A DNA stretch of 64,000 nucleotides from Octopus bimaculoides (lineage: Eukaryota): contig NC_068990.1 of the NCBI RefSeq assembly GCF_001194135.2, positions 91,240,608 through 91,304,607 on the forward strand, read 5' to 3'. The position numbers and the translations under genes were made by a program. Numbering within the stretch: the stretch's first letter is position 1; every line of letters begins with the position of its first letter. Below, one piece after another: positions 27,247 to 38,780 of the stretch. Under the pieces are notes generated by a model, which saw only the letters and a program-made list of their open reading frames with translations, was not told the origin of the DNA and did no database searches.

Positions 27247-28059
27247 CTGAAATAAATGTAGGAAATAGAATAAAGAGATTAGTTAGTTTTTATAGCCCAC
27301 CCACTGTCAACACTGACTACACCCCAGGGTGGGATGTAGTTATTTCCTGTAGCAATTCCCACTAAGATACATACAGCAAAGAGATTTCCTTGACACTGCT
27401 TTGGCTTCAGGTCTTTCACAGGATTTGAACTTGGTGTTCCAAGCTAACAGATTATGTGTTCAATTGATACAGTCCCCACTGCCCCTGTTTGTGTACGACT
27501 TCATAATAGCTGTTGAAAGCCAGGGGGACTACATACAGCAGTGAACAACCTCAAATAACTATTCACTTTCTCAGTCAGTGAGGTTTGAAAGATCATCGTT
27601 TCATAGCCCACCAGGGGGAGTTTCAAATGACACACACAGGAAAAAAAAAACAGCACATGCAAACAGACAGACCCTCAGGACAAGCAAACTGACAAATGCC
27701 CCAGTGCATGCAAACAAACAGACCCCCTAGTGCATGTAAATAGACAGAACCCAAAAGCATGCAAACAGACAGACCACCACCCCCACCCACCGGCCATGCA
27801 TATATAGACTGATTACATGTATAGGCTCAGCAACATAGTTTAGCCCAGGGTAAGTAGACGCACGAGTGAAAGAACTGTACAATCAACAAAGCAGATTTAG
27901 AAAGAAGAGCTGAGATAAGCAGCAGCAGTAGCAACCGAGACATCTCAATGCAGCACCAAGAATCTTTGTTCCTCTTTAACTTGGTAAATCCTCAATTCCA
28001 TGTTGTGGATCTCTGCTAATAACATCAATTAAACAGAGAGGCTTTCGTTCTGTTAAAGT

Positions 28060-28500
28060 GCAGAAGTCTCCAAAATATAAAATCTGTTCTTTTCTTTGGT
28101 TTTGTGCTGATGTCATGAGATGTTCTGAGACCTCGTCAGAAGCTTGATGTACGTACTATCAAGGTGATCTTGAACCTCCGTCTTCAGAATCCAAGCTTCA
28201 ACACACACACACACACACACACACACACAGCTCTCTAGCCTTGACTGTGATTTTACCCTCACAGCTCATCAATTGTGTGATGCACAACACTGGTTGATAT
28301 CCTTGAAAATGCTGCAGCTAAAAATCAGTCAGTTCCTTACTGTAAAAGATTGAATAGAAGGACCATCAATGAAAATGAAAGCCACCTGTCAATTTATTCC
28401 AATAACAGCTCACAGCTGAGAAAGGCAATTAACCTCAGGTACCTTGAGTCATTATGTTGATGACAATAAAAAGACTATCTTACTCAGAAGAGTCACTTTG
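28060..28500 (+). mobile_element. Highly decayed RTE-type reverse transcriptase remnant in WBP2 intron 4
   Basis: Fragments DFTLTAHQLCDAQH (cf. DDCALxAHSxxDAQ) and INLRYLES (cf. FKYLGS); weak. Confidence 0.4.
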
Positions 28501-28782
28501 CTAACAGTAAACACACACACACAGGACTGAAGCAGACCTGATGTAGCTGAGGGTGTGTCATTGATGAGATCATGAACAATGATGAAAGGACTTTGACAAA
28601 CCTAACTGACTGATTGATTGATTAACTCAACAATTAATCAAACAACCAATTAGTTAATTGGTTAAACAGTGAACCAACTGACAAATGAATAAGAAAGAAG
28701 TGAAACGGAACCAGTGCATGTTTTCTGTTAGTATAATGATTCTCTTGAGAGACAACAGAACATTTTAACTGAAAATAATTAC

Positions 28783-28875
28783 CAAGTTTTCCAGCCTGTA
28801 GCATAGCTTGTCCAAATTCGATAGCACCACCTTTGTTGAAGCAAAGTTTGAATGTGGCATGTCCAGACCATTTAC
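28783..28875 (-). CDS. WBP2: WBP2 coding exon 4 (KWSGHATFKLCFNKGGAIEFGQAMLQAGKL-A)
   Basis: Acceptor ctaaaag, donor gtaatt, 93 nt, phase 1-1. GGAIEFGQxML motif. Confidence 0.97.
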
Positions 28876-29606
28876 CTTTTAGAAGAGGAAAAAACAGGGG
28901 AAAAAAAAAAGAAAAACAAATAAACCTGATTAATGATTGTTTAATTAGTTACATAAAAAAAATACATTCTGACCTTTAGATTATGCAAATTTATGTTGAA
29001 AATGGATTTAATAATTTAACATTTCTTCTTTTACTCCTTTCAGTCTTTTGACTGCAGCCATTTTGGGGCACCCATTTTGGGGCACCACTTTGAAGGGGTT
29101 TAGTCAAAACAAATCGACCCCAGTGTGCATTTTTTTTAAAGTTTACCACTTATTCAATCAGTATTCTTTGCTGAACCACTAAGTTAGAGAGACTGTTTTG
29201 ATAATCTCCAAGAAGGTGTAAAATAAAGAGATCAGCCATATTCCAGTTTATGTTTACAATTTTAACTCATGGAAAACACATTAACCATCACTAAACTACC
29301 ATCACTAGTGACTATCCTTACAAGCCATCAATAACCTACTAACTCAAGGCACTGTCCTTACTAATTCTAGTGATTATATCCTTACACACCATCAATAACC
29401 TACCAATTCCAGATCCTCGCATCCCATCACTTAATGCCCTTGCTACCACTCCATTGATGATCAAAAAAAGGTGGTAATATACCGTTCAGACCATCTGAAT
29501 TAATGGCTGTTTAGGAAGAACTTCAAATACATAAATAATAGACAGATAAGGAGTTATTCCTTTTTTGGATCAGGATTGATTAAGAACTAAACACCAGTTC
29601 TCTCGT

Positions 29607-29660
<54 letters not shown>

Positions 29661-29675
29661 GGAAAAAAGATTTAC

Positions 29676-29814
29676 CTCCTTGTTCAGCAAAAACGGTCCC
29701 TTTTATGTAATTGGCTGAAAATACAGGTTGTTCAAGCTCAACCTGCCTCATGGTGAAAAACGGCATACTGAATGAAAGAAGATCATCTTTCTGGGAATTG
29801 TTGAGGAAAATAAC
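29676..29814 (-). CDS. WBP2: WBP2 coding exon 3 ([47 protein letters not shown])
   Basis: Acceptor catttttag, donor gtaaat, 139 nt. SFxMPF and QPVFxANYIKG motifs are diagnostic of WBP2/WBP2NL. Confidence 0.97.
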
Positions 29815-29861
29815 CTAAAAATGAAGAAACAAAGACAAGTAAATAGTTGTGTCATTACATA

Positions 29862-30225
29862 ACACCAGGTTGAGGAGAAAGTTCATGCACCGTGTTAAAA
29901 GAATGATTTTTCATGCAAGAATCTATTCAAAACCAACATCAACTGTTCTTCAAAATAAAGACCATCATTTTCCACGACTTTCTGCCAATGATCTGCAAGC
30001 TTTCGGATTTGGTCAAAGTACCAATCCATTGGCTTTGAATCGAAAAATTCTTGACAGGTCTCTTCAACTTCATCGAATGACTCAAATCAGCAACCTTTCA
30101 TAAAGTGCAGCATTGATCGAAAGAGGCCGTAGTCAGATGGAGCAACGTCTGGAATATAGGCTAGATGCAGCTGAACTTCCACACCATCCAATCTTGTTGC
30201 TGATCTTTCTGGCGGTAAACGGGAT
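29862..30225 (-). mobile_element. Mariner transposase 3' remnant with terminal repeat, WBP2 intron 2
   Basis: YIPDVAPSDYGLFRSM...EEtCQEFFDSKP..WYFDQIRKLADHWQKVVENDGLYFEE (YSPDLAPSDY motif); TIR-like caggttgaggagaaagttcatgc. Confidence 0.8.
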
Positions 30226-30341
30226 TTTTCTCCTTTCAACATATTTAAAAAATCATTTTGCTAAATTAAGTCATCTTTTCCCCAGCCATTTTAAAGCCAA
30301 TTTAACTAGCTTCTTTCTTGCTATCAATGCTGAGTATGTTG

Positions 30342-30374
<33 letters not shown>

Positions 30375-30574
30375 TANNNNNNNNNNNNNNNNNNNNNNNN
30401 NNNNNNNNNNNNNNNNNNNNNNNNNNNNNNNNNNNNNNNNNNNNNNNNNNNNNNNNNNNNNNNNNNNNNNGTTATGGCTGCATCGTTAAGAAGCTTGCTT
30501 CCCGACTTCATGCTTTTCAGTTCACTCCCACTTTGAGCCACTTCTTCACTACAGTTTCCATTTTCTCGTCACTG

Positions 30575-30877
30575 GAATAATGTTTGCCTCTCAGACCCTC
30601 TTTCATGGGGCCGAAGAGATGATTGTCCAGTGATGAGGAAGTGAAAACTGTAGTGAAGAAGTGGCTCAAAGAACAGTCAACAGAATTTTACGGGACAGGG
30701 ATACATGCTCTCATTCGAAGGTGGAACATTGCTATTGAGAGAAACGGTGACTATGTTGAGAAGTAGGGATGTGATCCACAGAGGACCAGCTTCATTTTGA
30801 TGTATGTTACATGTTGTTGTGTTGGTAATTATACCTGTCCTAAACAAAATGGCATTACTTTGTGACTCACCCTCGTA
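30575..30877 (+). mobile_element. Second mariner 3' remnant with right TIR
   Basis: SDEEVKTVVKKWLKEQSTEFYGTGIHALIRRWNIAIERNGDYVEK*; ends attactttgtgactcaccctcg-TA. Confidence 0.8.
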
Positions 30878-31142
30878 GTTTTTATAAAAGATATAAAAGT
30901 GAACACAAAACTTTCAGTCTCATCAATGAATCTGTTTTTTTCTCCCCTAAAATTGGTGTCTAGAAAGTCTACAACCAAGCTGGAGCACCACTTTCCAAGT
31001 TTTTCATTTGAATGTATCAGTTTGATGCTCATTTTATCAATCACTGTTTATTAAATACTTCGATTTTTTTGACAAAGATGAGAAGCACTTTGTCATGCCA
31101 CTAAACACACACAAATAATGACCTTCATCCGTTTCCTGTCTA

Positions 31143-31220
31143 CTGGCTGAAACCAGTTCTGGCTGAGTACAAATGTCTTGTTTGCATAAGTTTTGAATTA
31201 AAATCTTCCACCAAACCTTG
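31143..31220 (+). mobile_element. Internal fragment of the TTAA MITE seen at 58508-58736
   Basis: ggctgaaaccagttctggctgagtacaaatgtcttg...ttttgaattaaaatcttccaccaaacctt is shared. Confidence 0.75.
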
Positions 31221-31524
31221 TCAGCATTGAAGAAATGACATACGATGTCTGTCAATGGGTTTGAATGTGATAAAGCCCATCATAAAAAAAAGAAAGGAGA
31301 GAGATGGACAAACAAACCCAAACAGGCAGACAGACAGAGCAATCAGGGCTCTATGTGCTTCCATCTTCACATCGTTGCCATTTTAGAATCAGACCAACTG
31401 GAAACCATAGGAGGAATCTATCAGTACAGATACAAACACACGCAAGTCTGGAGTCACTGCTGATGGCAATGAGTATCCTACACAGAAGAATAAGAAAAGC
31501 AAGAATTTCTAAGAGATAACTTAC

Positions 31525-31621
31525 CCTGTGAGTGGTAAGGTAGATTCTACCCTTTTTACTGCCTTTTGGTAGGTTACCCCCTTCAAGTGTTCCCTGCACA
31601 CCATCACAGTAGATTAAGATC
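31525..31621 (-). CDS. WBP2: WBP2 coding exon 2 (ILIYCDGVQGTLEGGNLPKGSKKGRIYLTTHR), GRAM-like domain
   Basis: Acceptor ttttccag, donor gtaagt, 97 nt. KGxKKGxxYLTxxR motif of the WBP2 family; overlaps track ORF 31351..31638. Confidence 0.95.
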
Positions 31622-32029
31622 CTGGAAAATAAATACACAGATTAAATAACATGTTAAACACTACAGATATGCAAATTAGCAGCGCCTGTTCTCTGTAGCT
31701 AATAGATTTGATGTGAATATAATCAGAATGGCAGAGCTTTCCTCAAGGTGTGGGCACAGGTGCCAATGGCTTTTGTGAACCACCTCATGCAGTCCATATA
31801 CCGATGGTGTATGGCTGTTTTGAACACCCAGTGAGGGCATACACAGTATTGAACATGTGACGCTCTACAATCTCGATGTGCTGAATCTGCCCACTACCAG
31901 AATACATGACAACGACCCATAGACTTTGGCCAAAGTGCATGCAAGAAATTGACTATCAGATTTATCAAAATTTATCTCTGACATAATGAAATTAAAACAT
32001 ATTTGACAGTCAAACATCTCACATTTCGT

Positions 32030-32600
32030 TTGCAGTTCAGTGTATATATATCATGGTTTTAACATCCACTTTTCTATGCTTGCATAGGTTGAATGGGATT
32101 TGTTGAGACATATTTTCCGTGGCTGGATGCTCTCTCTGTTGCCAACGCTCACCTGTTTCCAAGCAAAATAATATTTCCCCATGGCCAGATAGGTTTCCTT
32201 TGTGGAATACTGGGAACAAAGGACACTTCTATGATGATTATACTCATTTACAACTATCAGACAATTCTTTCTACTAAAGGAACAAGGCCTGAAATATTTT
32301 TGGCAGTGAGGTTGACTTAATGGTACTTAATTTATCAATCCCGAAAGGATGAAAGGCAAAGTCGACCTTGGTTGAATTTGAACTCAGAACTGCCAAGCAT
32401 TTCACCCGGCATGCTAATGATTCTGCCAGCTCACCGGAGACACATACGCACAAATACATACAAGGGGCTTCTTTCAGTTTCCATTTATCAAATCCATTCA
32501 CAAGGCTTTGGTTGGCCCAAGGCTATATAAGACACTTGCTAAAGGTGTTCCACTGTGGACCTGAACCCCAAACCATGTGGGTGTATAAGTACATACCTCC
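32030..32600 (-). mobile_element. Stack of SINE fragments: family C-like (32030-32240), B (32270-32435), A (32460-32600)
   Basis: Family cores recognisable in succession. Confidence 0.75.
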
Positions 32601-33723
32601 CACCAAATGGCTAAATATGCATGGCATCACCTCATAGATAGTGGCATTGTTAACATCTGCCATGAAATTCGGTCTGCCCGTTGCGTAAACTATGTCAGCA
32701 TACAAACATGATGCTTGTTTACATCTACCCCCAAAACATGTCCGGCCACTGAGAAGGCTGACGTTTAAAAGATGAGTGAGGGGAAAAGAGTAGCTTGTAT
32801 GAAAATGAGTGTCAGCAACAAGAAGGGCAGCCAGCAGTAGAAAGAATGCTTCTAGAAACCATGTGTGACCCCTGTGAGGACGGAATAGTGGATGTTAAAA
32901 TGATGATGGTGATGTTACCAACATGCAAAGCCTAACATTTTCTGCAACACCTCAACGTGAGTTGTGCTAATAATTAAGTGAACAGATTTGGAAGATGGAG
33001 AAATTATTTTTATTTGAATTTTTAAGGCAGAAGACAGCAGAATTATTAGAGCAATTGGCAAAATAAATACAAGAGGAATATGTTGCAGAGAAAATGGATC
33101 TGCTTCAAAATTAGTTTTGTGATTAGTGAGAAGAAACACATATTTAATTCTTTCCAAACCAAAATAAAATCTTGAAAAAATAAAAAATTATTTTGCATAT
33201 CTGTAAATTTTCTGTTTTTCTTCAGTAATGATTTTAAAATAATTTTTTATTCTCTGAAGAGGTTTTTTTTTTTTCAATTTTGTTTTTATTTGTTATCCTT
33301 AGCTTTTTTTAAATTATTTCTCTCAAATGCTACCGTTTGATGTGATGAGAGAGAAGTTGGTATTTAAAGTTTGATCATTGACTTCTTTCGCTTGAAATCT
33401 CAAATTTGCTGATTTCTCACATTCCAGCCCCCTCCCTTCCCTTTTACATACGAATATTTCCTTCTCCAAAACATAAATGTCTGCCACTCAACACCATATT
33501 TTCTGAAGGTGTTTCAATGTGCACACACACACACTGCATCAAAAAGCTGTAAATACCAAGCTGTCAGTAGAGGGGAAGTTACAGACAAGAGACTATCACC
33601 CTATCCAGGGAGAGAATTTCACTATAAATCACCAACAAGATATCAGCATCAACCTTTTAAAGCTGTGTTCTTTGTGCATTAAATACAATAAAATAAGCAC
33701 AGGCATGGCTTGCAGTCGAGTAC

Positions 33724-33797
33724 TTCAGAGTCAACAAGAGACATGGGTAGAGAGGAGCATTTCAGAGTCAACAAGAGACATGGGTAGAGAGGAGCAT
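33724..33797 (+). repeat. Perfect 37-bp tandem duplication
   Basis: ttcagagtcaacaagagacatgggtagagaggagcat x2. Confidence 0.95.
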
Positions 33798-34187
33798 TCT
33801 ATGGAGCGAAAACCTGGTCAATGATGAAAGAAGTTCAAAACTGCTTTGGTGGTTTGACATTGCTCCTCGATGCAGGATAGGCTCTACTGATTACAGCCAT
33901 CAGGCTGAACACCAGGCCATATTACAGGTTATATTTTGGAGACTTCTACATTCTAACAGAAGATGACGGTCACTCAACTTCAAAGACGTGACATGCAGAG
34001 ACACACGGCATGAAACTGAGGACTTTCCAAAGCTACCTGATGCAGTGTGACAGTGAAAACACATCTCAAAGAAATAATTCTGTACAAAGAAAGGGGCCTT
34101 TACATGGAGACTTAACTTGCTAGAATATAGAGGCAAATCTTTCTCAAATACTCTAAGACTTACTGCCTTAAAAAAAAGATGGTCATA

Positions 34188-34462
34188 GGCAGAGGAGTGG
34201 CTGTGTGGTAAGTAACTTGCTTACCAACCACATGGTCCCAGGTTCAATCCCACTGTATGACACCTTGGGCAAGTGTCTTCTAATATAGCCTCGGGCCAAC
34301 CAAAGCCTTGTGAGTGGATTTGGTAGACAGAAACTGAAAGAAGCCCATCATGTGTGTGTGTGTGTGTGTGTGTGTGTGNNNNNNNNNNAGGTGTGGCCCT
34401 ATGGTAAGAGGCTTGCTTACCAACCACATGGTTCCAGGTTCAGTCCCACTGCATGGCACCTT
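34188..34462 (+). mobile_element. SINE family A 5' part, plus a second partial head after a 10-N gap
   Basis: ggcagaggagtggctgtgtggtaag...; the second head may be an assembly duplication. Confidence 0.8.
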
Positions 34463-35689
34463 CAGTCAATATTGTGATGATGTTCATTTTGTTTGATGTT
34501 GTTGTTTTTTATACAGCATGTCTATCTAGAGATTTTCTCTCAGGCAACAATCACACCAGTCTTTCCATGGTGTGAATAAATTTATTATAATACACAGATG
34601 GTTATTTTAAACATTCCTCAGTTTATTGAATAAAACACTTATTTCCTGTGATTAAACATATTGCAAAGTTGAGAGAAAACTGAAATCTGCTTGGTTTGTT
34701 CCTTCACAGCAGGTCAATGACAAGAAAATGCCCACAAACAGGAATCAAATCCGTGACACATAGACTTCAGAGTCAATTGTTTGTTATTCGACTACACTCC
34801 TCTACTGACCGAAAAATTGTAGTGAAACAAGGGAATTGTTGATAAGATGTCGTCAGAATGAGGTCAGATTTCAGTTTAACCAGTTAAAATTAATAATAAT
34901 TTTACTCTAAACTCATTAACAAGGCTGATTAAATCATTTACTTTGGATAACATCTGTATCCAGTGGAATAAATAAAACGATGTGGTTTCACGGTTTTTAT
35001 ATTCACAGTTCATACCCTACCAAGATCAACTTTCATTTCAGCCTTACTCGATCGGGTAATCAAGTACTTGTGAAGTACAAGTGTTAATACAATTGGTTGT
35101 TCTACCCACTAAAAATGTTCGGCCTTGCACTGCAAGGATTTCATCACTGTTCTATTTATTTGTCTCACATGATAAGTCTACTTCGTTCCAAGTACGTAAA
35201 ATGGCCAATAAAAAAATCAATGAGTGATAATAATTGATAATAAAGTGATAAGTCTCCATACTTATCAGAAACCACTCGTTTGATATACAAACTTACTGCT
35301 ATGTAAAAAGAAATGAAGCAATTTTCTTTCTCAAGTGAGATCACATGCAGACAGATAACGTGATTTTTTCCGTCGAATACTGAAAAGGAGGAATTTGGCA
35401 GATATGTAAACAAAACGGAGAGAACCACATACAAAAGACATACTGGTATTCCCAACGGTCTACAATAATTCTAAAATACGGTGCTGTATTAGTGTTTTGA
35501 AAATATACTATAAAATGGCAATTAAGTCAGCTTAGTTAAGAGTTAATAATCACAGGTTCCCTTATTGGCTTATAAAGTATTATTTACATTATATATATGG
35601 AATCTCTCCGAATGCCAACACAAATTCTAAGATGTGTTGTTGGTATGATTACGAAATATACCATAAAACGGCAATCGGTTGAATTAAGC

Positions 35690-35967
35690 TTAACCCATGA
35701 AACGCTGGAATTTGCCCTTACATAGCATGGACAGCAGGGCACATTTTATGAAAATGAGACTACCAGGTACACATAAAACACATCATCTGCAAAGTCATTA
35801 GTTGAACTATTAGTCCATTTGCAGTCTGGTGGGGTATCGGAGCGTTTGAACGACATTAGACCCCAATAAACGCCCATAAATTAAATGCATCTATCAGGGC
35901 CGCGATAGTGACCTGTCGACCTGCGCCTGGCGGCCACGATCGTGGTCCTTCGCGCTTAATGTGTTAA
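35690..35967. mobile_element. Old TTAA-flanked (piggyBac-like) MITE with subterminal palindromes
   Basis: Ends ttaacccatgaaacgct vs reverse complement ttaacacattaagcgcg (13/17 identical); internal perfect palindrome ccacgatcgtgg. Confidence 0.5.
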
Positions 35968-37053
35968 TGGTGACTTTTGTAAAATGACGACTTCTATGTA
36001 AATCGGATGAATGTAACATGTTTCTAGGTAGTCCCTTTTGCTTTCTACAAAAGATTGGTGTATAGCTACATATCACCTAAAATGTTCAAATTAAAATCTG
36101 GAAACTGAACGAAAAACCATTTTAAAGATAGTCGGGTCTATTCCAAACTATGAATGTCACATAAATGTCACGTCTAGAGAAACGACACCAGATGGACTTT
36201 TGTCAGCAATTTTACGTACTTATACCGAAAAAAATCACTCACGAACTGTCCACACGTTTTCACCAATGGCTCAAGAGAACAGTATGAACTTATGGAATCT
36301 TACAGTGTGTGTGTGTACATATACACCTTCAAGGATTTTAATCGATAACAGGGATTTCTGTATTGTCATACACACACACGTGTGTGTGTGTGTTTTGCAA
36401 TACCAAAGTTTGAAAAGTGCTGACACACGAAACTCCCCGCCCGAGAGTCACTCTCGTGCTTCTGCCAAATATTAATATATACATATACTTATATGTAATA
36501 TTTTGGGCTAAAGAATATACATACACACACACACACTAACGGTGTATATTTGTAATATAACACACACTTCTCATGTATAATACATACACCTCACTGTTGT
36601 GTGTGTGTGTGTGTGTGTGTGTGTGTCGGTGTGTATGTATTACAGATCAATATTTGTGTCGTATTTGTTTCTAGAAGTTTCCGTTTGTGTCTACGTATTT
36701 CTCTTAGATTATTTGTTGATGTTTTCTATAAGAGGAATGGGTGGAAAAATACTTTTCGTACAACCATTCTATTTCAAGTTTTCTATTTTTGCTTTTAATC
36801 AATTACATAACCTCAGTACTTTCTTCAATCTGTCACTTATTTCATCGCATTCTATCGAACGGCTCTGCTAAGAATTTCTATTATAATTCAATACTATTTA
36901 TCATCGTATATGCTGTTCCATGTATTAAACATATAACGAAAGTGTCCAGGTTTCGTTTCGTCAATACAAGAAAGCCATGTTACTTTTTGTACATTTTTCG
37001 TGTGTGTTGATTTCATTTTTAATTACGCTTCTCCAGCCAAGAGATACACACAC

Positions 37054-37105
<52 letters not shown>

Positions 37106-38100
37106 ATATATAATTACACGCATACATAAGTGTGTGTGTTTACTAGTATGGTTTTTGATGCTTTAGGAAATTTCATCTTTTCTTAAATCCTGTTACATCA
37201 TTACATTTCTTTTAATGCTGTTAGTAATTAAATACTTAAGTGATCNNNNNNNNNNNNNNNNNNNNNNNNNNNNNNNNNNNNNNNNNNNNNNNNNNNNNNN
37301 NNNNNNNNNNNNNNNNNNNNNNNNNNNNNNNNNNNNNNNNNNNNNNNNNNNNNNNNNNNNNNNNNNNNNNNNNNNNNNNNNNNNNNNNNNNNNNNNNNNN
37401 NNNNNNNNNNNNNNNNNNNNNNNNNNNNNNNNNNNNNNNNNNNNNNNNNNNNNNNNNNNNNNNNNNNNNNNNNNNNNNNNNNNNNAACGAAAACAAAAGA
37501 AAAGGCCACACTGGACTCCTTTCAGTTCCCATCAACGAAATCCACCCCCAAGCCATTCGTCTGGCCGGGAATATAGAAAACACTTGCCCAAGGTACCACG
37601 TAGTGGGGGGGGGACTCGACGGAAGGCCACATGTTTGGGTAACAAGCTTCTTAACCACACAACCATACCTGTGTCTAATATACACGCATTCATACGTGGT
37701 ATGTATGTGTACACACGGCGAAGTAGGTTACCTGTAAATTGTCTGTGTTCATTCATATCATAACCATAGACAAACTTCAAATAAACCTCGATCGTTTGAC
37801 AAAAAGTCAACAAATATTACAAAGGAATTAGGCAGACATAAACAGAAACTTCTAGAAAAACAAACACGCCACAAATATTGCCCCCCCCCCCAACTCATAC
37901 ATACATACACATTATATATATTTATATATATAATCAGTGAGGTATGAATATTGTGCATACCAAGCAATGTTTGTATATTATTAGCATGTCAGAAGTATAT
38001 ATATTACATTATAAATTTTATCAGAGGTATATAAATATATGACATATATATTATAAATATATTATATGTATATAACGTGTATTTAATTCGATTTACTAAC

Positions 38101-38156
38101 CTTTCTCCTGTGTAGATCAACACACCATAATTACAATGTGCTGTGTTCAGAGACAT
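38101..38156 (-). CDS. WBP2: WW domain-binding protein 2, coding exon 1 (MSLNTAHCNYGVLIYTGE-R)
   Basis: Manual translation of the minus strand: ATG at 38156, donor AG|gttagt at 38100, phase 2 matching the next exon. The peptide matches the known WBP2 N-terminal pattern MSxNTAHxxxGVLI. Confidence 0.9.
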
Positions 38157-38460
38157 TGCTGCATAACACAACCTTCGATCAACAAGAGATTTGCTATATA
38201 TTTATATAAATATGGATGTATATATGTATGAAACACACCCAGAAATACTTGCGCTTGCGTCAGTGTGTCTGTGTGTATCACAATATGTGAGTGAGTGTGT
38301 GTGTAATGCCAATGACGCAGTTACAGCTGTTCACGTGATCTGTCTCATGTGGCTCAAACACAACTCAACTGTTTATTACACTAACTCTTGATTATTAACT
38401 AATTGAGCACACACACACACACATATATATATATACATATATATATATAAATATATGTAT

Positions 38461-38540
<80 letters not shown>

Positions 38541-38739
38541 ATACACACACACACACACACACACATAAAATGATAAATAAGGATTCATTATTCACACACG
38601 CATACATACATATATATATATATATATAAACATGTATTTATTACACCTGAAATGGAGCAAATGACAATTATTTTGAAAAAAGCATTAAAAATATCTTCAC
38701 TTCAAATGTAATTCTGAAGCAAAATAGTAGAGTTACCTC

Positions 38740-38780
<41 letters not shown>

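Noticed and set aside
29849-30103. Plus-strand 84-aa ORF
   Set aside because: Antisense shadow of the mariner remnant.
33818-33860. Alternative WBP2 first exon MSNHQSSFELLSSLTR (phase-compatible), and an HHGKTGVIVA-like segment near 34550
   Set aside because: Weak donor or in-frame stops; the true homologous exon is at 38101-38156.
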